Of a DNA stretch of 64,000 nt, positions 1 to 11,905 are shown piece by piece (position 1 is the first letter of the stretch; each line of letters starts with the position of its first letter). A program made the translations under genes and the position numbers. The stretch spans positions 9,383,352 to 9,447,351 of the forward strand of contig MU053934.1 in NCBI GenBank assembly GCA_013239625.1, written 5' to 3'. Source of the DNA: Lama guanicoe (lineage: Eukaryota). The notes below the pieces were generated by a model that saw nothing but the letters and a program-made list of their open reading frames with translations, was not told the origin of the DNA and did no database searches.

Positions 1-2589
1 TTCTCCAATAACTCCTCCTTGTCTTCTCTTGACAAGCTTCTGCTCCCTCATCACCTTCTCCAGGAAGCCCTCTTGACCTTCAGGCTGGGCTCCAGGACCC
101 CCACGTCTCCGTCGTCAGGGCCCTGCCCAGAGAAGAAGCAGGGAGGGCTTCCCAGAGGAAGGGAGCAGGAGCTTTGTCTCAGACGGTGAGCAGGAGTCAG
201 CCTGGCAGAGAAGGGAAGCGAGGACCCAGATGGAGTCTCAGGTCAGACAGGGCCATGGTGGGTGGGGGGCTTGGTGTGGGCAGAGAGCTGTGGTCCGTGC
301 AGCAGGGAAGTCAGCAACCTCTCTCCCTGCGTTGGGCCTGGAGGGAGACAGGGAGACTTCTGAAGGCCACAGAGGAGGAGCCTCCGGGCACCAGAGGACC
401 AGTCCTGCCTCCACCCTTCTCTCCCAGGATGCTGAGCTCAGCCCCCAAGGCTCAGGGGAAGTTCCATATTGCAGACCTGGGAGAGAGGCTGGACAAGGCT
501 TATCGCCCTGTGGGCGGTGCCAGGCCTCCTGCCACGTGGCCCAGGACGGGTCAGGTGGAGCAGGGGCTGGTCCGTTCACCCTCATGTTACAGCTGGGCCA
601 CAGAGGCCTCGGAGCAGGGCCTGAATAGCCCCCGGGGCTGCAGGCTGGGGGAGAGAGCACTGAGCTGGGGGTTCTCAGCTCCCCATCCTCCAGGGCTCTG
701 CCTTCCCCCAGGGCTGCCTCTTTCTCCCACTGGCAGGCAGAGCAACCCCTGCCCCTGGGGGACGCTGGCACACGACTGGCCAACGTGGGAATCATGGGGG
801 CTTGTCACACCGGGTTTTGGAAGAGCTGTGTCCTCCCAATTCTATTTTACAAAGAGGGAGATAGGCCCAGAGAGAAGTAACTGGCCTGCCGGAGACCCCA
901 AGGTGGGCAGCCGCCTAATCAAGTGGCCCCCAGGTCCCCAGTGCTGAGGGGAGACACCCTCCTCGGGACGAGGGCTGATGATGGCTCTTTCTCATGGGGG
1001 TGGGGGATGAGGGTGGGGAGACTGGAGAGAGGGGAGGAGGAGAGGCCGGGACCCTGGCAGAGGGAGGGCCACGTCTGACCAGACCTCTGTGGGGCTGTGC
1101 CTGGCCACCAGCCTCAGAGGCAGGGAGGGCGCAGCTTCTGCTAAAAAGCAAAGGAACACCTGCTGGTCGTTGAACCCACACCCACGACTGGTTTGGCCAG
1201 TTCTTAATGTCCTCCTCGAGCCTGGGTTGGCTCATTGGACCTGACGGGTGATTCTGCCAGGCCTACTATGCGCCAGCCTACACTTTAGTGGGGAGGGGAC
1301 TCGGCCCTGGGCTGGCCTGGGCTTCATCGCCGGGTCTGTAAAATGAGGAGTTGCCTCCAGTCACTGAGAGCCCTGCAGCCCCCACTTAGGGACAAGGCCT
1401 GGCGCCCAGGGCTAGAGAGGAGCCAGCGCTGATTCTCCGCCTACCGTGTGCCCGGCGCTCAACCAAGGGGTCTCACACCCACCAGGAGTCTCACGCCCCT
1501 GGCTTGGTGAAGCCTCGCTCCAGCCTCGGATGGCTGTCTCTTAGGCAAGTGAACAGATGCTCTAAGAGGGGCCTGTAAATTACAGAGATCTGGAGGGCCC
1601 CCCAGGGGGCTCTCCCTCCAACCACCCTCCTCCTCCAAGCTCAGGAACCTTCTGTGGCTCCCCATTGCCCAGAGAATGGAGTCCAAACTCCAGGGTCTGG
1701 TGTTCCTGGGGTGCCAGAATACACTCCTTCCTCCTTCTGCTCGGCAGCAGCTCTTCCCAGGTGGATGGCTTGGCCTGGGAGTGAGCTGGGGCCAGGAGGC
1801 AGGACGAACGGGCTCTGCGGTCCCCGTGACCAGCTGTGCCCCACGTGCCTGGCAAGTTAAGTCGCTTGTCCCTCGGGAGAAAGGGAGACACCTGTGAATT
1901 AGGGACAGAGGTGCCTGGAAAGCTCCCCTCCTGGCCCACATCCACCACCACACGGTGCTGCCCAGCGCATGCCCATGCTCCAGCCAACCTTAATCTTCAC
2001 TTGGCACTTTATAGTTTGCAGAGGCTTTCTGCCCATTGCCTGACCTGGCCTCACTCTCTCTCTGGGCAGGGCTGAGACCCAATTCACAGGTGAGGGCACA
2101 GGGGTTCAGAGTGGGGGTGACCTGCTCAAGGTCCCACAGGGACTCAGCTCCCCTCCTCCCCACGCCCCCCACCCCGAGCCTGCAGTAGCGCTGATGGGGG
2201 CTTCTCTCTAGGGTGGCTGCGGGAAACCAGCAGTGGGAGATGTCCGCCTTGGGGGAAGAAGGACCCCCACCCTGGCTGCCACCAGCCTGGTCTGGCTGAT
2301 AAAGTGGTTAATGGTCAACCCACAGCAAGGAATTCGCCCCTCCCCACTCCCCCAACAGACACACACTCACCACAAGCCTGAGAAACAGCACCAAACTCAC
2401 AGACAATGGGGAGGGGAGGACAGGTGCCCCTCCCCCACCTGCCTTGCCACCCAGGGGCCCACTGGGGCCTGGCACTGCCAGCTGAGCTGAGCAGACACCC
2501 CAGACAGCGGGGCCGCTGCAGGCAGCCCTTCCTACTGTGGTGCCGCTTACAAAGAGTATTTGCCATTTTTCTGAACTAAAAGGAAGTTA

Positions 2590-3472
2590 CACAAGACTTA
2601 CTAGAAAGCTACAGTAACGCACAACACACGAGGCTGTCTAGCTACGGTCGTCCGGACAGTGCGGTATCGGCAAAAGGACAGACACACAGACCAGTGGGGC
2701 AGAACACAGAGCCCAGAAAGAGACCCACGTAAGTACAGGTGCCGGGCCTTTGACCAAGGAGCAGAGGCAACACAATGGAACAAAGATAAGTCTCTTCAAC
2801 AAACAGCACTGGAATAGCTGGTCACCCACATGCAAGAGAAGAATCTAGATCCAGGCCTTACACCCTTCACAAAAATTAACTCAAAATGGATCTTAGGCCT
2901 AAATGTAAAACTATAACGCTTCTAGAAAGCAACACAGGAGAAACCTAGGTGATCTTGATCATGGTGATGACTGCTTAGATATGGCACCAAAGGTGTGATC
3001 CAGGAGGGAAAAACTAGTTAGCTGGACTTCATTAAAATCAAACACTTCTCTGTGAGAGACACTGTCAAGAGAATGAAGAGACAAGCCACGGACTGGGAGA
3101 GAATTCCTGCAAAACACGTCTGATAAGGGCCTGGGATCCTCACTAAGCAAAGAACTCTTAAAACTCAACAATAAGAAAGTGAACAACTCAATTGAGAAAT
3201 GGGCAAAAGGTTCGAAAAGCTACCTCACCCAAGATGATAAATGAACATATGAAAAGATGCTCATCACCATAGATAACCAGGGAAATGCAACTTCAAACAA
3301 CGGTGAGATACCAATAGACATGTATTAGAACGCTGGAACTCCAGAACTGACAACATCGAATGCTGGTGAGGATGTGGAGCAACAGGAACTGTTGTTCATT
3401 GCAGCTGAGAATGCAGAATGGTGCAGACGCTTTGAAAGAGCATTTGGTGCTTTCTGACAAAATTAAATGCAC
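2590..3472 (+). mobile_element. Old L1 (L1M-type) fragment, ORF2 3' part, degenerate
   Basis: Typical L1 ORF2 motifs: aagacttac..aaagctacagtaa, ttcaacaaa..ctggaa, cacaaaaattaactcaaaatggatc, gaaatgcaa, ggtgaggatgtggagcaacaggaact. Confidence 0.9.
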
Positions 3473-3611
3473 TTTTTTTTTTTTGAAGATTTTGCTGGGG
3501 TGGGGGTGATTATTTTTATTTATTTATTTATTTTAGTGGACATAGTAGGGATTGAACCCAGGACCTCGTGCATGCTAAGCACATGCTCTATCACTGAGCT
3601 ATAGCCTCTCC
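3473..3611 (-). mobile_element. tRNA-Ala-derived SINE (camelid vic-1-like)
   Basis: Minus strand ggagaggctatagctcagtgatagagcatgtgcttagcatgcacgaggtcctgggttcaatcc, then (aaat)n and a poly-A tail. Pol III A and B boxes present. Confidence 0.88.
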
Positions 3612-3636
3612 ATTTAATAAGATTCTTAAGAGTGTC

Positions 3637-3797
3637 TTTTTTAAATTTTTTTTTGTAATTTTATTTATTTTTTGAAGTGGGGAGGTAATTAGGTTTCTTT
3701 ATTTATTTACTCATTTTTTTAATGGAGATACTGGGGATTGAACCTAGGACCTCGTGCATGCTAAGCACGCACTCTACTACTGAGCTATACCCTCCCC
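3637..3797 (-). mobile_element. tRNA-Ala-derived SINE (camelid vic-1-like), second copy
   Basis: Minus strand ggggagggtatagctcagtagtagagtgcgtgcttagcatgcacgaggtcctaggttcaatccccagtatctcca, plus an A-rich tail. Confidence 0.88.
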
Positions 3798-4503
3798 TAA
3801 ACATACTCTTAGCATACATTCCAGCATTCACTCTCCTTGGCATTTACCCAAAGAAATAAAAAACTTATGTCCCATAAAAACCTGCATGTGGATGTTCCTA
3901 GCAGCTTTATTCATAATTGTCAAAACTTGGAAGCAGCCAAGATATCCTTCGACAGGTGAATGGATAAACCAACTGTGATACATCCAGACAATGGAATATT
4001 ATTCAGCGCTAAAAAGAAATAAGCTATCAAGCCATGAAAATATACGCAGGAGACTCACATGCATTTTGCCAAGTGAAAGAAGCCAATCTGAAAAGGCTAT
4101 ATACTGTATGATTCCAAACCTAGGACATTCGGGGAAAGGCAAAGCTATGCAGACAGTGAAAGAGCAGTGGTTGAGAGGGGTTGAGGGAGGGAGGGGTGAA
4201 CAGAGGATTTTTAGGTCAGTGAAGCTGCTCTGTGTGATACTGTCATGGCGGGTGCATGTCACTATACATTTGTCAGAACCTACAGAATGCGTAACACTGA
4301 GTAAACTCTAATGTAAACTAGGGACTTTATGAATAAAAAGGTGTCAATGTTGGCTCATCAGCTGTGGGAAGTGCATCGCACTAATGGGAGCTGTTAGTGA
4401 CAGGGGAACTGTAGGGGGACTGGAATATATGGGAGCTCTGAACTTTTTCCTCTGTTTTTTGAGTAAACCAAAACTGCTCTAAAAAAGTCCATTAAAAAAA
4501 AAT
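3798..4503 (+). mobile_element. Continuation of the same L1: ORF2 end, 3'UTR and A tail
   Basis: ctccttggcatttacccaaag, gcagctttattcataattgtcaaaacttggaagca, caatggaatattattcagc, and terminal aaactgctctaaaaaa..attaaaaaaaaa. Confidence 0.9.
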
Positions 4504-4574
4504 AGTGACATGAGTTTCAGCCACACACAATAGAATGGATGGCTCTCCCAATTTTTGTTTATTGATGCATCCTT

Positions 4575-4715
4575 TTGTTTCCAGCTTGACTGAGATACAA
4601 CTGACACTAAAAAAGTGTGTGTATTTAAAAGGCACAACTCGAGGCTTTGATAATGGACGCTCTGTGCGATGATTACCGCCACCCAGCTAACTCACAGATC
4701 CCTCACCTCACGTGG
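4575..4715 (-). mobile_element. Short L1 3'-end fragment
   Basis: cagcttgactgagatacaactgaca..gtgtgtatttaaaaggcacaac..atgattacc resembles an antisense L1MA 3' end. Confidence 0.55.
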
Positions 4716-4859
4716 TCAGCTTCCCTTACAAATGCAGTAAACACAGAAGCCACACAGCCGAGGGGACAGGCTGTGCGACCCATCCCTGGGAGGTACAGAG
4801 CCGGCGGGGGGTGAGGGCTGCGGCCCCGGGGGCACCATGGCCAGGAGGAGCTCCAGGGG

Positions 4860-4990
4860 CCCCGGGAGCTGCCACGTTCTGTTTCTGATCTGGTGCCGCT
4901 TACGTGCAGGCTTTGGTTTGTGAAAATTCGTCGAGCTATTCACTTCTGTGTCCACTTTCCTGTGGGTTATACTTCATTAAAAAGTTCCAG
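4860..4990 (+). mobile_element. Old L1 (L1ME-like) 3'-end fragment
   Basis: gttctgtttctgatctggtg..tttgtgaaaattcgtcgagct..ttatacttcattaaaaagtt. Confidence 0.6.
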
Positions 4991-7900
4991 AAAAAATAGT
5001 CTTTGTGGCGGAAAACTGGAAATCCCAGAAAAGGAGAAGGAAGGTGGCTCCTCCCGTCCATACGCTCCCCACCGGGAGGGGTCCTGGACTTGGGAGGCTG
5101 GGGAAGGGACATCTTGTGCAGACAGCTTGCCCCCTGCCCGGCACTTTGGGCTCTGGGCCGGGCGGGGGTCTCTTTGGGGGCCAAGCTCTAGGCCCGCCGG
5201 GAGGAGGGTCAGCTGTCCTTGGGAGAGCCTCCCAGCATGGGTGAATCACTGCATCTTGGAAGGATGTTCTCTTGGTTCGGGAAACACCCCCTCGATGCCA
5301 CTGAGGCCAGGCCCAGGGACGGGGAGATTCGGTTCCCATCCCCCAGGGGCTCCCAGGGCTGGCGGCGCCAGCAGCGGGGACCTGGGTGTCGAGGGGCAGG
5401 GCTGCCCAGGGCTGCCCTGGGCCAGGCACTTGAATCCTCCCTGGGCACCGCAGAGGCTCTGCATGGACCCCAGGGTGCCCCTTGTCTCCTGAGAGGCAGT
5501 GGCAGGGCCGGGGCCTGGGCCAGGGCTGGGGCTGGGCCGGTGACATCATGAATTGAGCTTTGGCAGCTCCTTCCCGACCTCGGAAACCCCAACATCCCGC
5601 TCCAGGAACTGGCCTGTGGATTGGCTTTGGCCGGCTGCCCCAGGAGTGCGGCGGGGAGGCCCCGGCCCCACAAGCCCCCAGCGGCCTGTCTCTGAGGCCT
5701 CCCTCTCCTTCGGGGGCTCCTGTGGAGCCTGCACCAGTGTGAGAACCAGCGGGGTCAGCTCCCTCGGTCCCCGCCCCCGCCACCTCCTTTAAGGGCAAGA
5801 AAAACAAACAGCTGTCCCCTCCTCTCCGCAACTGGAACCACTACCACAGCCGTGGCCTCAGACCAAGCTGTGGGGCTGACTCATCGCCCGCCGGGGCAGG
5901 GGCGGCGAGAAGGGGCCCAGGGCTGCCCCGGGGAGCCCTGCAGTGACCTCAGGCCAGGCCCACCCCTCCCTGCGCCCCACACTCTTCACTGCACCAGCAC
6001 GACAGGTGGGGTAGTCACCCCTCCCGCCGCAGCCCAGCTTTTGCGAGGCTGGCTGGTGACCATCAGCCCGGACCTCCCCCGGCCTCCGTGGCCTTGCTGC
6101 CTGAACCAGGGGCAGGTCCGGACACTCTCGTTCTGTCCACAGATGTGGGCCGTGGCGATGGTGCCTGCGCCTCTGGGATCCAACCGGGGGCCACAGCCAG
6201 CAAAAGGCCTCATGTGGCAGGGCAGGAAAATGGACTTTTCAGAATGATTTTTAGCGAAGGTGGAAATGGCATGGACCTCCCATTGGGCCTGGCCCAGACA
6301 GGGGTCTGAGGGTCCCGAGGTGCCACAGCCAGGTCATCTGGCTCCAAATCCCCTCCGTCCCTCCTTCTCCGCCTTTCTCCCCACCTCCCTCCCTCCTTCC
6401 TTCTGTCCATGGATAACCTCCCAGTCTCTCTGAGCGGGCTCCCTCCTTATCACTACAACTGCATTAAAGTCTGGGCACCTGGCCGTCCCTCCGTGCCTAC
6501 TGCGTGCTGGGCTCTGAGTCCTAGGACAGGACCCCAACCTGGCCTGGGGACAGATTAGGACAGGGACGAGCTGGAGAGCTGGGGTGTGTGGCCTGCAAGG
6601 CTGCCTGCTGTGAATGCCCTATGGGCGGCTGTCCACCTTGAGGCTGGTCTCAGGAGAGGCTACGCTGGTCCTGCCCCAGGAGGAGGTGGCATCCAGGGAT
6701 CGGGGCTGGGGGGTGTCAGCCGGGAGGGGGCGTGCCAGGCAGAGGGAGCGACGGGGGCAAAGGTTCAGAGGTCTGCTGCGGCTGGAACGGGGCCACAGGG
6801 AAGCGTGCCTTTGGGGCAGTGTGGGATGCTTATCCAGGGCCAAGGGAGCTCCAGGGAGGCCAGCCAGAACTGCTCACCCCGGCTCTGGGGGGTGATGAGG
6901 GAGGGGCCGGAGGCCGAGCAGAGGGTTTGGCGGGGCCAGGCGGATCAGAGGGCAACTGGAGTCCCTGCTGGGTTCCCACGCTGGACAGAGGGCAGGTGTG
7001 GCCTCGGGGTCAGCGAGCGGCGGGAGGCTGGGGAAAGCTGGGGAAAGCCGGTGTCTGGCCAGGGCGGGCGGCAGGCGCATCAGCCAATTAACCTGCAGTC
7101 GCCCAGGGAGGTGCTAAGAGGACTTGCCTTTTGTCCGGCTAATTACTCTGAGTCTCCACTTTTCCTTTCCTGGGGAGCCCAGGCCCTTTGCAGAGCTTTA
7201 ATTAAAAGGAAGCCGCTTTCTCAATTACCCCAAGGGTGGGGCAACCAGTGAAAACCCCAGGGTCACTCTCCTGGGCCCAAGCAGAGGGTCTGGGGCGTCT
7301 TCCCAGGGCCCGGGATTATCCGCCCGCAGACAGGGAAGCTGAGGCCCCAGAGGGGAGATTCTGTGCTGAGGCCAGAGGCCCACCAGCGCTGCTCTCCAGG
7401 CCCCTCCGAGCTCCGAGGCATCCCTGGTAAAAGGCAGGAGCCCCAGCGGATCGCAGGAGTGAGGCATGGCTGTGATGGCCGTGAAGTCACACAGGGGCTC
7501 TCCCAGGTCGGGACAGCAGGGCCACTTCCTGGGCCCCACCAGACCCGAGGGTTGAGGGGCAAGAGTCAGTGAGTCCCCCCCCGGCCCCCGGCCCTACTGA
7601 GCACCCAGAACGTCAGAGGATGTTCACTGCTTCAAGGGGAATGGCTTGAGGACACAGAGATCAAACCACGTCCCATTCTGCAAGTGCCATTCCTACAGCA
7701 GCCATCACCCCAGGCAATTAGGACCTCGTGGGACCCTGACGTCACCTGCAGGGTGGGCACAAGCCCCACTAACAGATGAAGAAAAGGCCTGTGGGTGTGC
7801 ATGGACCCGAGACTGACGGGAACCTGTCCCCAAGGGGCCCAGGCCAGGATGAGGCTGGGAGCTGTCGGCGCTGAGGGCAGCGGGTCTGGTGCCGGGAGGA

Positions 7901-10900
7901 GGAGGGCGCTTCCAATGGGCCGACTCGAGCCCAGACGGGCTCACTCACACCCCAGGTTCAGAGCGCCTCTCGACTAACTGCCCTGCTCACAGCTGCCATT
8001 TTTGAGCAGCGAACACAGGGCCAAGCGCTTTCTGTGCACCTGGCCGGCTTCTCCACACGGGCCTTCTAGTCCTCACAGAGTGAGAGGTGAGACAAACCTC
8101 ACTTTACAGAGGAGGAGATCGAGGCCGGGAGAGGTAGGCCGCCCAGCCCTAGCCCCAGGTGGTGACGAGGACACAGGCTCCAAGAGAGGCCACGCCGTCC
8201 CACCCTGGCCTGCCGCTGGGGGAGCCCCCAGGGCTGGTCCTGGCGGGAGGAGGGCACAGCACTGGGGTGAGGTGGTAGTGGCTTGCCACCCGAAGCCCCT
8301 GCTCCTGCCTATGTCTGCATAGCACCTGGGGCTTCCTGAAAGAGGTGACTGATGAACCGCTCTTATATGATGTGCAAGCATTTGCCCAGCAGAGAGGACT
8401 AGAAGGTCACCTTGGGCAAGGACCAGTGAGCCTGTAGGGCCGAGGAAGCAGTGGCACCAAGAAGGAAGGGGTCTGAGGTACCATGGGTTTGAGAATAGGC
8501 CACTTGTGTCGTGTTTACAGGTCCTGCAGGACCCAGGGATCCGCTGGGGTGTTCAAAGACCCAGTGGCCATCAAGGCCCTGGGGATGGGGGCCTGGGCTG
8601 ACCCTTGTCTGGCCGCCAGCACAGCCTGCTTGGGTGTGGCGTGGGGCTCCCCTGCCCGGCTCAGGCGGTCTGCCTGGCGGGAGTTCCCGCATCCATTCTC
8701 CCACCCTTCCCTCACCAGTTCCTTCCCTCTCTCCTCCATCCATCACTCACTCATCCGTCTGTGCAGCCATCCGTAGTTCATTCTTTCACTCGCTACCTTT
8801 GGGAGGCCTGAGGGCAGGTGCTGGCTATGCGCCCACAGGGGACAGATCTCCCTGACAAAGCTGAAACCAGCCGTGGCCGACGCCCTGAGAGCCCAGGGCC
8901 AGAAGCCTGAGAGTGTCCCCCGGATCGGACACCCCGACATCATCAGCCGTGCCGGGGGGTTGCCACATTTCTTGGTGGAAGCAGAGTTGGTGGTCCAGGC
9001 TTGGCACCTGCACACTCTGGACCCAACCCCCACTGGCCTCCAGTGCTCTCCTTGCCCGCTCTCAGCTCCCTGAGCTTTCCAGCCCTTGGCCTTGGCTCTG
9101 GAAGCCCCTCCCCATCTTTGCCAGTCAGATCTCAAAAGTTGAATTCAGCCTCAGAAATCTGAGGTTGGCCCTCTGAGTCCCACTGCCCTGCCTCCCCCGG
9201 ACCTTCTCTCTGGGCCCTGGATCTTGGTCTGGTCTCCTCCCGACGCAGCTCAATCAGGCAGAACCAAGCCTTTCTCACCCAGCAGGGTCCAACCAAGAGG
9301 TCTAGGGTCATGGTGATGTTGGCTGGTGGGGTGCACCATTGCCTCCTGAGAGCCATCCACCTCGAGGCTCCCCCATGGGGCACAGATGGACTCGCCAACT
9401 TGCCTGGCTCTGTCCAGACCTCCCCTCTCCATGGGGCGACAGAGCACCAGGCCTCCCTGGAAGCTGCAGGTGGATCACCCCCGTCACCCCAGGTGAGCCA
9501 GCCTGCACCCAGTAACAAAGCTCCCTTGTGCCGCCCGCCCCGACCCGCGACCTCAGTGACTAATCAACATGCTTAAAGGCCCCCGAGCATTTCTGAGGCT
9601 TGTCTTTCATGTGAGTTGCACTTAGGAACCTTTGAGCACAGAACCTCCTGGTTTTGGCTTTTGGCAGGGACTTACCCTCAGGGTCCCAGGCCAAGTGCGG
9701 GCTGATGGGACGGGTGCTGGGCTGCTCCGTCGCAGGCCGCCCCGTGGGTTTGCAGAAGCTAAGAGCCCAGCTTCCGGGGGCCTTTGTTTGGGGGGAGCCC
9801 AGGGGCCAGGGCACCCGTGCAGCCTGTCTGGCCCGTGGCAGATGACGTCCCTCTCTGAGCCTCACGCACCCTCCGTGAAATTGCGGGGCAGGACTCCCTC
9901 CGTGGTGCTCCAACTTTCTAAGTAGCAGAGCCCTTTTGTCAAACTAAGCCTTCTGTGGAACCCCAGCTTGTAAAACCCGTCACAGCAGAGCTGCTCTACA
10001 GAGGTGTGTCGGAGGAGCCACCGCCCTGAGCCCCGGGCCACAGGGGACACATCCCAGGGTCCTCCCTTCTCTGCCCCCACCTGGAAATACCGTGTAAGTG
10101 GGAAAGCACTGCTGGTTCTGTGGCCGCCCTCAAGTCGGCCACACCAGTGGTTCAGGCCCCACACCCTCCTCCCTGCAAACACGCTGGCTGTCGGGGGAAG
10201 AGGGTTTGGGATTCAAACACTCCCTGGAGTTCTGTGTGGCGAGATCGCGCCTCAGTATTCTATTTGATTTGATTCAAAAGTAATCGCTGAGCCCTAGGGT
10301 GTGCTTGGCTCCTGGACATGACAGAACAATGTCCAGCCACGTTTCCTCTCCCAGAAAGATCCCCTGGACCCTGAGGATGGGCTGAGGGCCTCGTCAGGGT
10401 CCCCCAGCCCCGGAGAGTCCCTGGAGCCAGCACTCTGCTCACAGGGCAGTCAGGCAACAGCGGGAGCCCAGTAGATGCACTCGCTGGACAAAAGCCCCAC
10501 CTGAACGCCTAGTCTTGCAGTAGCCTGAACCCAGCCAGGGCCTGGGCCCAGGGGGAGGGGCGGACTGTGTCCCAGCGCCGCTCGAACGGTCTGGTTCGGC
10601 CCGCTCGCCGTTTTGCTTTTGCTTTTGGGTATTGCTGTTTTCTGGTATTCATGGCATTTTCTCATTGAACCAACGTCTGGAAAATATCCATCCATTGATC
10701 GGGTCAACAAACATCACTGTATTCCTGGGCTGCGGTGGTGACAAGCCAGCAGTGGTCCCCTCCCTGGGGCTTACGTGCCGGAGGAACCAACCGGAAGCCT
10801 GGGGGACGAGCCAGGTCTGGGGACAGGACAGACAGTGACTGGGTAGCCTCTGCAGTTTGGAGCCTGGGAGGGTCTCTCTGAGCTGGTGACCGCCAAGCTG

Positions 10901-11459
10901 AGACTCAAAGCAACAGGGCAGCCACTCAGGTCTTCAGGAGCCCATCCCAGGCAGAGGGCACGTCCCCCACCCCAGAGGCAGATGGGAGGACAGGAGGGAT
11001 TCCAGGGGTCTTGGGCAGCCCCTGAGGAAGACGGAGGTGAACCAGACAGTCCTGGGCAGGAAGAGCTGGGCAGGGACAGAGCAGAGTCAGGAGAGTGGTA
11101 AGAGCCTCTGTTTATTGGACATTCATGCCTCACCAAGGCTCTGCTGGCGCTCAGGACGGAGGGCCCTCGGAGCCGGGGACCATGGTGACCCCGACCAGCC
11201 TCAGGCAAGTGCTTGTTGGTTGGCACACAGCCCGTGAGCGTGAGCCGAGTTGCCAGGCCCACTCCACCCCAGGGTGGTCCTCACCAGCCAGCCAGCCAGC
11301 CAGCAGTCACACCTGGTGGCCTGGGACGCAGTCGTCACCTCTGCGCTTCTCCCCCAAAACCCAAATTCTGGCTGCAGCAGCCGTGCTTCGCCTTGTGCGC
11401 CCCAACACTCTGCCCTCTCCTCAGAAGGAGGTGCCTCTAGGGGGCGTTGAGGAGTCCGG

Positions 11460-11905
11460 TGTAGCGGGCTGAATAGTGGCCTCAGAGATGTCCAGGTCCT
11501 AGTGCCGAGCTCATAAATGTTTCCTTAAACAGTACATGTGATTAAGGGAAGGATCTCGAGATGGGAGACTATCCTGTATTGACTGTGGGCCCTAAACGCC
11601 GTCACAGGTGTCCTTCTGGGAGGGAGTGGAGGGGCTGGGACACACACGTGGGAGCAGGCCACGTGAAGACGGAGCAGAGAGGTGGGGAGCCACTGGCCAA
11701 CAAGGCCGGTGTGACGTGGCCACAAGCCAGGGATACGGGCAGCCACCAGGCACGGGAACAGCCAGGAGGCATCCTCCCCTACACCCTGCGAGGGAGGCAG
11801 CCCTGCCCACACCTCGACTTTGAACTTCTGGCCTCAGAAGTGTGAGAGGCTAAATGTCTATTGGGTGAAGCCACCAATTGTGGTCATTTGAGCGGCCCCA
11901 GGAAA
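11460..11905 (+). mobile_element. MaLR solo LTR (MLT1 family)
   Basis: tgtagcgggctgaatagtggcc, gtgattaag..gatctcgagatgggagactatcctg, gccacaagccaggga, gaacttctggcctcagaagtgtgaga, aagccaccaattgtggtcatttg. Confidence 0.85.

Noticed and set aside
174..947. 257-aa ORF, and similar long P/G/R/A-rich ORFs (4977-5831, 6586-7251, 40559-41551, 43770-44508)
   Set aside because: Many use non-ATG starts, their composition reflects GC-rich noncoding DNA, several run through repeats, and I recognise no homology.
3991..4311. ORF MEYYSALKRN..., and similar ORFs at 35563-35930 and 46781-47017
   Set aside because: Translations of decayed L1 ORF2/3'UTR, not host genes.
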